A stretch of 64,000 bases of DNA from Nitrospirota bacterium (GCA_016194305.1 JACQBW010000008.1:85684-149683), one strand, 5' to 3'; shown: positions 19,053 to 29,062, counted from the stretch's first letter. Made by a program: numbers and translations. The notes: a model not told the origin generated them from the letters alone.

Positions 19053-19075
19053 AACTGTTTAATTGTTAAACAGTT
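19053..19075 (+). promoter_or_regulatory. Inverted repeat AACTGTTTAA-ttg-TTAAACAGTT upstream of the response-regulator/PilZ operon
   Basis: 10-bp perfect arms; shares the AACTGTT/AACAGTT half-sites with the flgK upstream palindrome. Confidence 0.4.
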
Positions 19076-19157
19076 AATTTGGGAAAAATAACAATGTTCC
19101 AACTCCACAATTCAACAAACTAACGATACAACATTCCAAAGTTAGGCCCTTAAAAAA

Positions 19158-19724
19158 ATGACTAACTATCCTAAAGACAAATTCAGAGTTCTTATCGTGG
19201 ATGATGAAGAGGGCCCCCGGAGGGCGATTGAAGCGGCATTGTACCGTGAAAAAGATCTTGAAATTAGAACGGCCCGAAGCGGGGAGGAGGCACTCCACAG
19301 TTTTGATGAGGGTGCATTCGATCTTGTTCTGACTGATATCCGGATGCCGCAAATGGATGGGATAGATCTGCTTCGAAGGATCCACGAACGTTCTCCCGAT
19401 ACCCTGGTAATCTTGATTACCGGATATGGAACACTTAATTCCGCCATTGATGCGATTCGGGCGGGAGCGTATGATTACCTGACCAAACCGTTTAAAGTGG
19501 AGGAGCTCTGTATCGTTGTCGACAGAGCCATTGAAAAAATCAAACTTCTGCGGGAGAACGGTAGATTGCTCGGAGAGCTCACCGCGCTTTTTGAAAAAAT
19601 AAAAAAGAATATCGTGGAGACGGAATCCGCCGAAAAGGGGGTCCGAAACCTGGAGTTGTTACAGGATGTCAGGCGTCAGCTTTCACAAATTTATGTAAGG
19701 AACGGTGGAAATGGAAAAGGATAA
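19158..19724 (+). CDS. CheY-like single-domain response regulator with a C-terminal coiled-coil tail
   Basis: LIVDDEEGPRR...LVLTDIRMPQMDG...YLTKPF: the receiver-domain Asp and Lys residues are present. Confidence 0.8.
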   Translation: MTNYPKDKFRVLIVDDEEGPRRAIEAALYREKDLEIRTARSGEEALHSFDEGAFDLVLTDIRMPQMDGIDLLRRIHERSPDTLVILITGYGTLNSAIDAIRAGAYDYLTKPFKVEELCIVVDRAIEKIKLLRENGRLLGELTALFEKIKKNIVETESAEKGVRNLELLQDVRRQLSQIYVRNGGNGKG

Positions 19725-20283
19725 CCGCAGCTATCATCGTATTCCAACGGAATGTCCCGCACTTTACCGGATCGTCGACCCTGCCAAGAAAGAAGACGCC
19801 AAAGGGAAATGGGAGAGACTGGCCCATCTTTCACCGATCTCTGCCTTTGAAGGAATGGAGAGCAGCCACCGTCAGACAGAACATGTGGACCCCTTTGTTC
19901 TGGAGCTTTTTCTCCGTCTCGACTGGCGAATGAATTACATGATTAAGATGATGACCCAGAAAGAAGATCTGGAACTCTTTCCCTGCCGGGCGGTCATTGT
20001 CGATATCTCCGCGTCAGGAATGAAACTTTACGGTACTGAAAGTCCTCCGAATGGAGCGCGTATGGAATTTCAATTTGTCTTGCCAATTATCCCTTTCAGG
20101 GAACTATTTTTGGTCGGTAAAGTGATCAGATCGGTCCCGAAGGAGCTTGCAAGCAATCCCGATTTCAAGTATGAAATTGGAATTGAATTTGAGGGGTTAA
20201 AAGAGATGGACCGGGAACATCTGATTCATTATGTCGTCAAAAGAGAACTTCAGTTGCGGCAAGGACGTGAAAAAATCCGCTAG
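19705..20283 (+). CDS. PilZ-domain c-di-GMP-binding protein
   Basis: RLDWR (RxxxR) 30 aa before DISASGMKL (DxSxxG); overlaps the response-regulator gene by 20 nt. Confidence 0.6.
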   Translation: MEMEKDNRSYHRIPTECPALYRIVDPAKKEDAKGKWERLAHLSPISAFEGMESSHRQTEHVDPFVLELFLRLDWRMNYMIKMMTQKEDLELFPCRAVIVDISASGMKLYGTESPPNGARMEFQFVLPIIPFRELFLVGKVIRSVPKELASNPDFKYEIGIEFEGLKEMDREHLIHYVVKRELQLRQGREKIR

Positions 20284-20476
20284 AAAATACTGAAAATGAA
20301 GGCCCTGATCGCTTCCTTTTTGAGTGGCAGGATTTTGAGAAATCATTTGAATCGAAGGTTGTTCAAAAAGTGCCAGATGCAAGGCCGCAGGTGCAAGGCA
20401 TACGGAACGTACACGAGCAGTACGTGAGTAATGCCGCGCAACGAGAACGTAGCAGATGGACTTTTTCAACAATCTT

Positions 20477-21019
20477 TTAGGGAGCGGCAGTTTGTTGCGG
20501 TGCCGCCGTCTTCGCCAGCTTCTCTGTGAGATAGGCTGCCCTGACCGGTTTAATTTCATTCAGAATCTTGGCAGCGACTTTCGGTTTGATGCTCGAAAGA
20601 AGTTTTAAAGCGAGAGGTTCCTTAAGTCGTTCGATTCGACGTGCAGCATCTTTTGGAGGCATCGCTTCATACATCTTGCTCAAATGTTCCAATTGTCTTT
20701 CATCGATGGCATCGGTTTTTATTGCGGTCTCCCTAATTTGGGTATACCTACTCAATAGAAGATTGAGCTCCGTTTTAAGCGCCTGAAGCCTCTGATTCTC
20801 CTGTTCAATCTCTTCCGCTCTTTTGTCCAGATCGGTTTTTCGCTTTTCAATCGCATTAATGAGTAATCCGGGATCAGGCGAAGGATTCGGCGCGGCAGAT
20901 TTGTCCTGAAGTTCTCCGTTGGGAGTCAACTCAACTGTTTCGGCCGGATTAGAGGAGGTGTTGAATGAAATCACCAGGAAAACCAAAATAATCACTTGGA
21001 GGAAGTATTTTTGATTCAT
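20477..21019 (-). CDS. YlxF/FlbB-like flagellar operon protein (MgtE_N-like) with an N-terminal signal/TM segment
   Basis: Follows fliJ, as in fliE-J-ylxF operons; C-terminal helical repeats (LKLLSSIKPKVAAKILNEI). Confidence 0.5.
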   Translation of the reverse strand: MNQKYFLQVIILVFLVISFNTSSNPAETVELTPNGELQDKSAAPNPSPDPGLLINAIEKRKTDLDKRAEEIEQENQRLQALKTELNLLLSRYTQIRETAIKTDAIDERQLEHLSKMYEAMPPKDAARRIERLKEPLALKLLSSIKPKVAAKILNEIKPVRAAYLTEKLAKTAAPQQTAAP

Positions 21020-21459
21020 CGACGGGTCCTTTTGGTCTGTCCAGCGATTTCATCCATGGTTTGCTGGTCCTTTTTCTCAATTCGTGTCAGATAAGTTTGG
21101 AGTCTGTTTTTTTCCAGTTTTTGGACCACTTTCTTCTCTTTGACCGCCAGGGCCAGTTTTTCGCGGAAAAGTTCATATTCTTCCAGTAGTTTTTGCACAG
21201 CCAGTTCCTGTTGCTCCACCTTATCTTTTTGCTGCTGAATAAACCGCTGATAGAGTTCCAACTCGAAAGGGAGAATTCCCTCACCTTTTTTTGCCAGCAA
21301 ATTCCGGTTCGTTTGATCCATCAAATCCCGCAGGACACTCAGTTTTTCTTCTTCAACGGCCAATTGGCGGTTTTTTTCAGCAAGGGCTGTTTCAGCCAAC
21401 TCTTCCTGAAACTTCAGGTGAAGAAGAATTCCATTCAGTTTGGATTGATATCTCGCCAT
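21016..21459 (-). CDS. fliJ: Flagellar export protein FliJ
   Basis: 147-aa coiled-coil protein downstream of fliI. Confidence 0.65.
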   Translation of the reverse strand: MARYQSKLNGILLHLKFQEELAETALAEKNRQLAVEEEKLSVLRDLMDQTNRNLLAKKGEGILPFELELYQRFIQQQKDKVEQQELAVQKLLEEYELFREKLALAVKEKKVVQKLEKNRLQTYLTRIEKKDQQTMDEIAGQTKRTRR

Positions 21460-21622
21460 ATCCTTCTCTAAATATGGTACATGTTGAGTTATTGAAATGT
21501 TGAATGGCTAATTTGGGAATCAATAGACTTTTCCCAATTCAACAAATCAGCAGTTCCACGATTCAACGATCGTTTCCTATCCCATCAGACGAGAACAACG
21601 CGAATGAGGCCTTTTCAACAGA

Positions 21623-22936
21623 CTATGGGAGGATTCTGGCAAGTGCATCAATGCTTTCTTTGATCGTGACCCTTTCATGGATATCCTGTCTAATATAAGC
21701 CTGAAGTTCTTCCCACTTTTCAATTGCCTGGTCAATTTTCAAGTTGCTCCCGGCCTTATAGGCCCCGATATTAATCAAATCTTCAGCCTTTTGATAAGTA
21801 GAGAGCAATTCGGAAAATCGTCTTGCCCGATCGATCTGTTTGGAATCGACAATATCAATCATGACCCTGCTGACACTGTTTAAAATATCGATGGCAGGAT
21901 AGAGTGCCCTTGCGGCGATTTCCCGGGAGAGTATGACATGTCCATCCAGAATGGCCCGTACCGCATCCGGAATCGGGTCGTTGATATCATCTCCTTCAGT
22001 CAAGACGGTAAAAAGTCCGGTCATTGTTCCTCCGTTTGTTCCAGTTCCAGAACGTTCCAGAAAGCCGGGGAGAAGAGAAAAAACGGAGGGAGTGTATCCT
22101 TTGGTTGCCGGCGGTTCGCCAATTGAGAGTCCGATTTCTCGCTGGGCATGGGCAAGCCGGGTGAGTGAATCCATCATAAATAAGACCTGCCGGTTGCGAT
22201 CTCTGAAGTATTCTGCGATCGACATGGCAAGAAATGCGGCTCTTTTCCTAACCAGCGGAGGCTGATCCGACGTCGCGACGACGACCACCGACCGTTTAAG
22301 TCCCTCTTCGTTTAGATCTTTCTCGATGAACTCTTTTACTTCTCTTCCACGTTCACCGATCAGGGCGATCACATTGACGTCGGCGGAAGTATACCTGGCA
22401 ATCATGCCAAGCAGGATGCTCTTACCAACGCCGCTCCCTGCAAAAATACCGATTCGCTGCCCGCGTCCGGCGGTCAAAAGGCCATTCAGAGCACGTACAC
22501 CCAGATCAAGTGGCGCCGTGATCCGATTTCTTTGAAGCGGTCCCGGAGGGACGTTGTATAAAGGATGAACTTCATGGACCTGGAGAGGTCCTTTCCCATC
22601 GATCGGTTGTCCCAGGCCGTTTAAGACCCGACCTAAAATTCTTTCTCCCACAGCCACCTTGGCCTGAACGGATTTATTGACAATGGCGCTCCCCGGTCCG
22701 ATCCCTTCAAGATCACCCAGCGGCATAAGAAGGACCTTATCGTCTCGGAAACCGACCACTTCGGCGAGAATTCTCCTGTTCCCTAATACCGAGATGACTT
22801 CGCATATTTCTCCAATGGCGGAAACCGGAGCGCATCCTTCCAAGACTATACCGATCGCCTGGGTGATCCGGCCATGAATGGGGCGTGGATCAATCTGATC
22901 AACCAATCCGAGAGCATCCATGATGAAACGGCTCAT
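21623..22936 (-). CDS. fliI: Flagellum-specific ATPase FliI
   Basis: Walker A GSGVGKS; F1/T3SS ATPase family blocks. Confidence 0.95.
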   Translation of the reverse strand: MSRFIMDALGLVDQIDPRPIHGRITQAIGIVLEGCAPVSAIGEICEVISVLGNRRILAEVVGFRDDKVLLMPLGDLEGIGPGSAIVNKSVQAKVAVGERILGRVLNGLGQPIDGKGPLQVHEVHPLYNVPPGPLQRNRITAPLDLGVRALNGLLTAGRGQRIGIFAGSGVGKSILLGMIARYTSADVNVIALIGERGREVKEFIEKDLNEEGLKRSVVVVATSDQPPLVRKRAAFLAMSIAEYFRDRNRQVLFMMDSLTRLAHAQREIGLSIGEPPATKGYTPSVFSLLPGFLERSGTGTNGGTMTGLFTVLTEGDDINDPIPDAVRAILDGHVILSREIAARALYPAIDILNSVSRVMIDIVDSKQIDRARRFSELLSTYQKAEDLINIGAYKAGSNLKIDQAIEKWEELQAYIRQDIHERVTIKESIDALARILP

Positions 22937-23631
22937 GTTTTCTCCAAAGATTTTAAAAAAGCCTCTCCAAAGAGGGCAAGCTGGCTGTCAACACGCCCAT
23001 CGATCATTTTTGCATGCGACTCAATGATGCATTCTCCCGGCTGAAGATTAGAATCCGCTTCGAACCGGATTGATTTTAGTTTTTGGACCTCCTGCACAAT
23101 TGAAGCGCCATTCTGGGAAAGAGTGGCCTTATCTGCCGGATGAAGCCGGATGACAAATTTATCAGACTGGTCCATTTTATTCATCGCTTCCCGAATGGTT
23201 GCCTGGAGACGATCGGGAGTTTGCGCGATTTCTTTTTGGATAATCTGTTTTGCAACGGCAAGCGAAAGCTGAATCACGTCGTTTTGGCTGCTCTTAACCA
23301 GTTCCTGTTCGACTGATTTTAATTTTTCGACTAGTTCGGTCAGAAAATGGAATTGCGCTTCAACCTCTTTTAATCCCTGTTCCTTTCCGGCCTGTTCTCC
23401 GGCTGAGAAACCTCTCAAATAGCCATCTCTCTCCGTTTCATACCCGTTACCTCCAATACCATCGTTATACGCAAATGGCGTTGCGTTGCGGCTCGCGGTG
23501 ACTTTTTGCAAGTCGTAGGTATTCAGTCCCTGAGATTCGGTATTCCGTTTCAGGACCCTGGATTTAGACAAAGACTTCTCCTCCTGATTTGGCAATGACG
23601 ATTTTACCTTCCTGTGAAAGCCGCTGAACAA
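22933..23631 (-). CDS. fliH: Flagellar assembly protein FliH
   Basis: Position between fliG and fliI and an FliH-like C-terminal region. The start is uncertain: the ATG at 23631 overlaps fliG by 68 nt, and a TTG at 23571 is an alternative. Confidence 0.7.
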   Translation of the reverse strand: MFSGFHRKVKSSLPNQEEKSLSKSRVLKRNTESQGLNTYDLQKVTASRNATPFAYNDGIGGNGYETERDGYLRGFSAGEQAGKEQGLKEVEAQFHFLTELVEKLKSVEQELVKSSQNDVIQLSLAVAKQIIQKEIAQTPDRLQATIREAMNKMDQSDKFVIRLHPADKATLSQNGASIVQEVQKLKSIRFEADSNLQPGECIIESHAKMIDGRVDSQLALFGEAFLKSLEKT

Positions 23632-24562
23632 TTTTCAAGATGGCCTGTTGATTCTTCTCCACTTCGCTTAATTTCACCGGTCCGAGGGCTTCCAGATCTT
23701 CTTTTAATAAATCCACTGCCCTCTGCGACATATTTTTATAGAATTTATCTTTAATTTCCTCTTTTGCCGCCTTGAGTGCGATAGTCAGTTGTTCCTTACT
23801 GACCTCTTTGAGCACTTCCTGCAGGTTTCGGTCATCGAGATTGATAAGATCTTCAAATACAAACATCAGTTTCCGGATCTGTTCGGCCAGTTCCGGATTG
23901 GCTTTTCCGATCGATCCCAAAATGACCTGTTCCTGGCTCGGGCCCATCTGGTTCAAAAGGTCGGCGACGAGTTTGATCCCTCCGACCTTTCGTCCGGCGG
24001 CTGTTCCGACCCGGGCCATCTCTTCATTAATCACATCACCCAGCTCTTTCATGACTCCGGGGGGAATCTCTTCCAGCGTCGCCATTCGGTGCAACACGTC
24101 GCTTCGAAGGGTTTCGGGCAGATAGTTTAAAACCTGGCTGTTTAAATCAGGATCAAGATGAATCAGGATCAGCGCAATCGTCTGAGGATGATCTGAACGA
24201 AGCATTTGAGCGATGGCACGGGGGTCCATCCATTTAATGGTGTCGAGCCACCCTTCTTCTGCAGTTGCGAGATTTTCCATCACCCGGGTTGTTTTCTCCG
24301 ATCCGATGGCCTTCGTCAAAACTTTTTGAATATAGTCTCTCCCGCCGACGCTCATCCCCATTCCGCTGGTCGTCCGGTCATTAAACTCCATCAGGATGGC
24401 TCCCAGCTCTTCCGGACTAATGTCCTGCGGGCGGGAGATGACTCTTCCAATTTTCTGCACATCCTTGGCATCCAAATTTTTCATGACATCGGCTGCAAGA
24501 TCTTCTCCTAACAGGGTCAAAAAGACCGCGGCTTTTTCTTCTCCAGACAATTTTCTTGCCAT
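23564..24562 (-). CDS. fliG: Flagellar motor switch protein FliG
   Basis: FliG N-terminal, middle and C-terminal blocks (EKAAVFLTLLGEDLAA..., MFVFEDL...). Confidence 0.95.
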   Translation of the reverse strand: MARKLSGEEKAAVFLTLLGEDLAADVMKNLDAKDVQKIGRVISRPQDISPEELGAILMEFNDRTTSGMGMSVGGRDYIQKVLTKAIGSEKTTRVMENLATAEEGWLDTIKWMDPRAIAQMLRSDHPQTIALILIHLDPDLNSQVLNYLPETLRSDVLHRMATLEEIPPGVMKELGDVINEEMARVGTAAGRKVGGIKLVADLLNQMGPSQEQVILGSIGKANPELAEQIRKLMFVFEDLINLDDRNLQEVLKEVSKEQLTIALKAAKEEIKDKFYKNMSQRAVDLLKEDLEALGPVKLSEVEKNQQAILKIVQRLSQEGKIVIAKSGGEVFV

Positions 24563-24612
24563 AACCAGAATCCTTTACGTTGATCAAATTAATAAGTCAT
24601 TCTTATCTGTTT

Positions 24613-26223
24613 CTATTTCTCTTTCAGCCATCCCTTAACCACCTGGGCGACAAGTTGTGGATTTTGTTTGGCCATCTGAGAGACCTGTTCACGCGTAGGT
24701 AGTCCGGGGATTCCCTGCTGTTGTTGCTGTTGATAGGCTTCACCTACGGCAGCCATCTGTCCCTGGCTCATTTGAACCCCGGAAATCTCTCCCGGAGAGG
24801 TGGATGCCAGACCTTTGAGAACGGGACGAATGACCAGGAAAAAGACGATCAGCGAAACAATTCCGCCCAAAGCATATTTAATGTATGGGGCATATTGAAC
24901 CATTTTATTGATCGATTCAGGTGCGGCAGGTTCTTCACTGGGAACTTCGGCATTGGCTTCAAAAGGAATATTGACGACTTCAATCTGATCTTTTCTTTCA
25001 TCTGAATAGCCCATAGCTTTTTTGACCAGATCGCTCAGCTTTTTCATCTCATCGTCTGATCGGGGAATATATTTTCGGGTCGACTGGCCTTTGTCCCCTT
25101 TGGTGACTTCATAAGCGCCATCCACCATGACAGCTACCGAGAGCCTTTTAATCGTACCAACCGGTTCGATAATTCTGCTGGTGGTTTTGCTAATTTCATA
25201 ATTGGTGACATCATTCTTTTTCTGGGTGGAATTATTGCTTTTGGCACCTTCTCCCGGTGTGGCAGGGGCCTTGGGCGGCGTATTGGATAGGGCTCCTGGA
25301 ACGCCGCCATTTCCGGGAGCGGTGGAGGACCCAGAAAGATTTTCGTCGGACTTTTGTTCACTTCTGACCACTTGGCCGTCCGGATCGTACTTCTCTTCTG
25401 TTTTCTCGACCTGACGCAGATCGAGAAGGCTGGAGACTCTGACGATGGCCTTGTTCGGTCCGACCACCTTTTCGAGCAGGGTCTGGATATTGTCTTCAAT
25501 CTTTTTTTCAAGTGTATGTTGATAATCAAGCTGGGATGCGCTCATTTGAAATTTGGACGATTCGTCCGCGTTTTTGGAAAGGATATGGCCATGATTGTCA
25601 ACCACCGTAACGGCCTGGGGCGCAAGGCTTTCGACACTGCTGGAAACCAGGTGAACAATCCCCTGAACCTGTCCTTCGCTTAAATTACGTCCGGTGCGAA
25701 GAGAGACGACGACCGAAGCGCGAGGTTGCTCCTGTCGTTCCGTAAAAAGCGTTTTCTCCGGAACGGCAAGATGGACTCTTGCCCGGCTGACTTCTGCCAG
25801 TTGGCCAATGGTCCGATCCAGCTCTCCTTCCAGAGCTCTGCGATAATTAATTTTTTGAACAAATTCTGTTGTGCCAATAGTCGTTCTGTCAAATATTTCA
25901 AAACCGACAACCCCTCCCTGGGGGATCCCCTGGGTGGCCATTTGAATCCGAAGTTCATGAACCTTATCGGAGGGGACTAACACGGCAGAACCGTCTGCGG
26001 AAAACGAGTAGGGGATATGCGCCTCTTTTAATTTTCCGATAATGGTTCCGCTATCTTCGGACGAGAGATTGGAATAAAGCACTTCCAGTTCCGGTTTTTG
26101 CGCCCAGAGCCAGACCACCACCAGTCCTGAAACAGAGGCGATCAGGAAGACAATCAGTCCGAGCTTTTTTAGAACTGCGTTCGAAGTGAGACCTTGTGTA
26201 ATCTGCTGAAAGTTATCCGCCAT
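24613..26223 (-). CDS. fliF: Flagellar M-ring protein FliF
   Basis: N-terminal TM segment and FliF/YscJ family blocks (LYSNLS..D...I...L...IPY). Confidence 0.9.
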   Translation of the reverse strand: MADNFQQITQGLTSNAVLKKLGLIVFLIASVSGLVVVWLWAQKPELEVLYSNLSSEDSGTIIGKLKEAHIPYSFSADGSAVLVPSDKVHELRIQMATQGIPQGGVVGFEIFDRTTIGTTEFVQKINYRRALEGELDRTIGQLAEVSRARVHLAVPEKTLFTERQEQPRASVVVSLRTGRNLSEGQVQGIVHLVSSSVESLAPQAVTVVDNHGHILSKNADESSKFQMSASQLDYQHTLEKKIEDNIQTLLEKVVGPNKAIVRVSSLLDLRQVEKTEEKYDPDGQVVRSEQKSDENLSGSSTAPGNGGVPGALSNTPPKAPATPGEGAKSNNSTQKKNDVTNYEISKTTSRIIEPVGTIKRLSVAVMVDGAYEVTKGDKGQSTRKYIPRSDDEMKKLSDLVKKAMGYSDERKDQIEVVNIPFEANAEVPSEEPAAPESINKMVQYAPYIKYALGGIVSLIVFFLVIRPVLKGLASTSPGEISGVQMSQGQMAAVGEAYQQQQQQGIPGLPTREQVSQMAKQNPQLVAQVVKGWLKEK

Positions 26224-26289
26224 TTTTTATCCTTTTTATTTCAATAGAATTACGCCTAACCCCTTACTCTTTGCTTCATTCTTTCGTTG

Positions 26290-26595
26290 CTAGATCTGCA
26301 TCTTCGAGATTTCCTGATAAGCGTTGACGATTTTGTTCCGGACCTGCATCATCAATTCAAAGCTGATGTCCGCCTTTTGCAAGGCAATCATGGTTTGGTG
26401 AAGATTCTGTTCCTTCCCTGTTTCGAAATTGGTGACGGCCTGATCGGCATTCAGTTGAGCTTCATTGACCATCTGAATCGATTCTTTCAAGGTTTCCAGA
26501 AAACCCGGTTCCCCCTTTGCGGCACCCGGAGAAACAGGGGACGGCAAGGCCGGATTCGATGCGACGGATGGGAGCCCGATGTTTTGAATATCCAT
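26290..26595 (-). CDS. fliE: Flagellar hook-basal body protein FliE
   Basis: 101 aa with a C-terminal FliE signature (ALQKADISFELMMQVRNKIV.AYQEI). Confidence 0.85.
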   Translation of the reverse strand: MDIQNIGLPSVASNPALPSPVSPGAAKGEPGFLETLKESIQMVNEAQLNADQAVTNFETGKEQNLHQTMIALQKADISFELMMQVRNKIVNAYQEISKMQI

Positions 26596-26606
26596 AGATC
26601 TCCTCT

Positions 26607-27044
26607 CTATTTCCCGATTTCTAAAGCTTTAAGCGCCATATTTTTCGTGGCATTGAAGGCCGTGACATTGGCTTCGTATGAGCGGGATGCCGAAATCATG
26701 TTGACCATTTCTTCCATCGGATTAACATTCGGAAATAGCACATACCCTGAAGCGTCCGCATCGGGATGCTGGGGATTATAGACCTGTTTAAACGGCCGGG
26801 TGTCGCTGATCACATCGCTCACTTCGACTCCCTGTTCCGATTTGGAAGTGATGGAAGAAAGGGCACTTTCAAATGAATTGCCTGTGTCAACGGTGGAAAA
26901 GACAACATCTTTTCTCCGATAGGGGCCCCCTTCAGGCGTTCGGGTCGAGTCGACGTTCGCCAGATTGCTTGAGATCACATTGAGCCGTTCCTTCTGAGCA
27001 TCTAACCCGGAAGCTGAAATCATAAAAGCTGCATCTAAATCCAT
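26607..27044 (-). CDS. flgC: Flagellar proximal rod protein FlgC
   Basis: SASGLDAQKERLNVISSNLANVDSTRTPEGGPYRRKDV. Confidence 0.9.
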   Translation of the reverse strand: MDLDAAFMISASGLDAQKERLNVISSNLANVDSTRTPEGGPYRRKDVVFSTVDTGNSFESALSSITSKSEQGVEVSDVISDTRPFKQVYNPQHPDADASGYVLFPNVNPMEEMVNMISASRSYEANVTAFNATKNMALKALEIGK

Positions 27045-27119
27045 TTTTCTGTCCCCTTATATATTTATCTTTCTTTGAGTGAAATGGGTCTCGCTTCTCA
27101 CTTAACCTCTTAGGTTATT

Positions 27120-27521
27120 TTATTTACTTTCGCTGATGACATAATGGAGCATTTTAAACTTCTCGGAAATCATCTGAACGGCGGCGCTGTAATTGACCTG
27201 ATTTTCCGCCAGTTTGGCCATCTCCATTTCACTATCCACCGTATTTCCATCCAGTCGTTTGGAGGGGCCCGGTATTTCCGTGGGCAAAATGGCTGTCGAT
27301 CCGGAAGAGAGGCCTCCCAGATGAGATCCGCTTGTCCGGGAAAGTTGAATAGACGAGGAGTCGCTGGTCGCCGATTTCAAGATCTCTTTAAAATTAACAT
27401 CGTTTGCCCGAAACCCGGGGGTCTCCTGATTGGCGATATTTGCTGAAATGACCCGATTCTTCTCGCTTCGGATGTCGAGTGATTTTTCAAGTATTCCGAT
27501 GGTCTTATTGAATATTTCCAT
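27120..27521 (-). CDS. flgB: Flagellar proximal rod protein FlgB
   Basis: RSEKNRVISANIANQETPGFRANDV. Confidence 0.9.
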   Translation of the reverse strand: MEIFNKTIGILEKSLDIRSEKNRVISANIANQETPGFRANDVNFKEILKSATSDSSSIQLSRTSGSHLGGLSSGSTAILPTEIPGPSKRLDGNTVDSEMEMAKLAENQVNYSAAVQMISEKFKMLHYVISESK

Positions 27522-27559
27522 GGTGAATCCTTCTTTATTTAAGTTTCCACATGTTGATT

Positions 27560-27577
27560 ATGCAAATAGCACGCCAG
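27560..27577 (-). promoter_or_regulatory. Sigma-54 promoter upstream of flgB (flgBC-fliEFGHIJ operon)
   Basis: Minus strand reads cTGGCGTgctatTTGCAt with exact GG-N10-GC spacing, about 40 nt upstream of flgB. Confidence 0.75.
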
Positions 27578-27601
27578 GAAAAATAAAGTGCCCCTGACCC
27601 A

Positions 27602-29062
27602 TCACACTTCACCCTTCACCAGGTTTTCTCGATTGTCCTGGGAAGATTCTGCCTCCTCCAGAGGGCAACTTTTACCTACCCCTGGATCATTCGGTTGAAT
27701 AAATCGTCCCGTTTCACGATAATCTCTTAACTTGTTTCGCACCGTTCTGATGCTAATCCCCAGTATTTTTGCGGTTTGGGTTCTATTTCCCCCTGATTTT
27801 TCAAGGGTTTTCAAAATCAATTCTCTTTCCGCCTCCCAGACGGTTTGAGGCATGACATGCGATTCAACTTTTTTAGAAGGATCCGATTGATCTTCCTCAA
27901 ACATCAAATGCTCCGGGAAAATAATGCCGTTTTCAGCAAGAAGAAACGCACGCTCCATGACATTTTCAAATTCTCTGACGTTTCCCTGCCATTTTTTTGA
28001 CATCAGGTGATTCAGAGCTTCCGGAGAAAGGGACATGGAAGGGCTCTCTTTTTTGCAGAAAAGTTTTTGTTGAAAGTATTCAAAGAGAATAGGGATATCG
28101 TTCAGCCGGTTCCGGAGTGGGGGCAACCTAAGCGGAAAGACATTGAGACGGTAATAAAGGTCTTCTCGAAACCGTCCTGATTTCACCTCTTCCCAGATCG
28201 GGCGATTCGTTGTGGCAATGACCCGGATATCTAATGGAATCGGCTCTTTCCCTCCCAGGAGTTCCACTTCGCGTTCTTGTAGAATTCGGAGAAGTTTCGC
28301 CTGGAGGTGAAGCGGCATTTCACTCACTTCGTCGAGCAGAATCGTACCGGTATGGGCCAGTTCAAATTTTCCGGGTTTTTTGGAGACGGCGCCTGTGAAA
28401 GCCCCCTTTTCATACCCGAAGAGTTCGCTCTCCAGGAGTGTTTCAGGGACCGCGGCGCAGTTGATCGCGATGAAAGGACGGTGTGCTCTGGGGCTGAATT
28501 CATGAATATGGCGAGCCAGGAGTTCTTTTCCGGTGCCGCTCTCTCCCTCGATCAAAATCGTTGCCTGGCTTGCCGCGACGACTTCAGCCAGTTTCAGGAT
28601 TTTGAGCATGGCCGTATCCTGGCTGATCATCCGTTTTTTTCCTTTGGGAAGGCTCTTGATTCGGGAGATCGGATGCACCGCGTCTCCTTCCTGGAATGCT
28701 CTGCGAATCGCCGATTCCAGTGTCTCCTGCGTGAAAGGTTTAACCAGAAAATCAAAAATGCCCGACTTCATCGCATCAACCGCCTTGTCGATTGTCCCAT
28801 AAGCAGACATCATAATCACCGGGATCTTGATTTGAGATTTCTGGATCTCCTGAAAGACTTCCAGACCATTCATCTGAGGCAGTTTAAAATCGGTCAGGAT
28901 CGCCCCGATCGGTCTATCTTTGAAAAGTTGAATCCCTTCCTCTCCCCGTGAAGCGGTGAAGACGGAGTATCCCATCTGCTGGATAGATGCGGCCAGTGCG
29001 GACCGCATTTCGGGTTCATCGTCGATGACCAGAATTGATCGAGACTTCGTCTCCGTACTCAT
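27602..29062 (-). CDS. Sigma-54-dependent response regulator (NtrC family; FlrC/FleR-like)
   Basis: Receiver domain (VIDDE...[11 protein letters not shown]), AAA+ sigma-54 activator core ([28 protein letters not shown]) and a C-terminal Fis-type helix-turn-helix. Confidence 0.9.
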   Translation of the reverse strand: MSTETKSRSILVIDDEPEMRSALAASIQQMGYSVFTASRGEEGIQLFKDRPIGAILTDFKLPQMNGLEVFQEIQKSQIKIPVIMMSAYGTIDKAVDAMKSGIFDFLVKPFTQETLESAIRRAFQEGDAVHPISRIKSLPKGKKRMISQDTAMLKILKLAEVVAASQATILIEGESGTGKELLARHIHEFSPRAHRPFIAINCAAVPETLLESELFGYEKGAFTGAVSKKPGKFELAHTGTILLDEVSEMPLHLQAKLLRILQEREVELLGGKEPIPLDIRVIATTNRPIWEEVKSGRFREDLYYRLNVFPLRLPPLRNRLNDIPILFEYFQQKLFCKKESPSMSLSPEALNHLMSKKWQGNVREFENVMERAFLLAENGIIFPEHLMFEEDQSDPSKKVESHVMPQTVWEAERELILKTLEKSGGNRTQTAKILGISIRTVRNKLRDYRETGRFIQPNDPGVGKSCPLEEAESSQDNRENLVKGEV

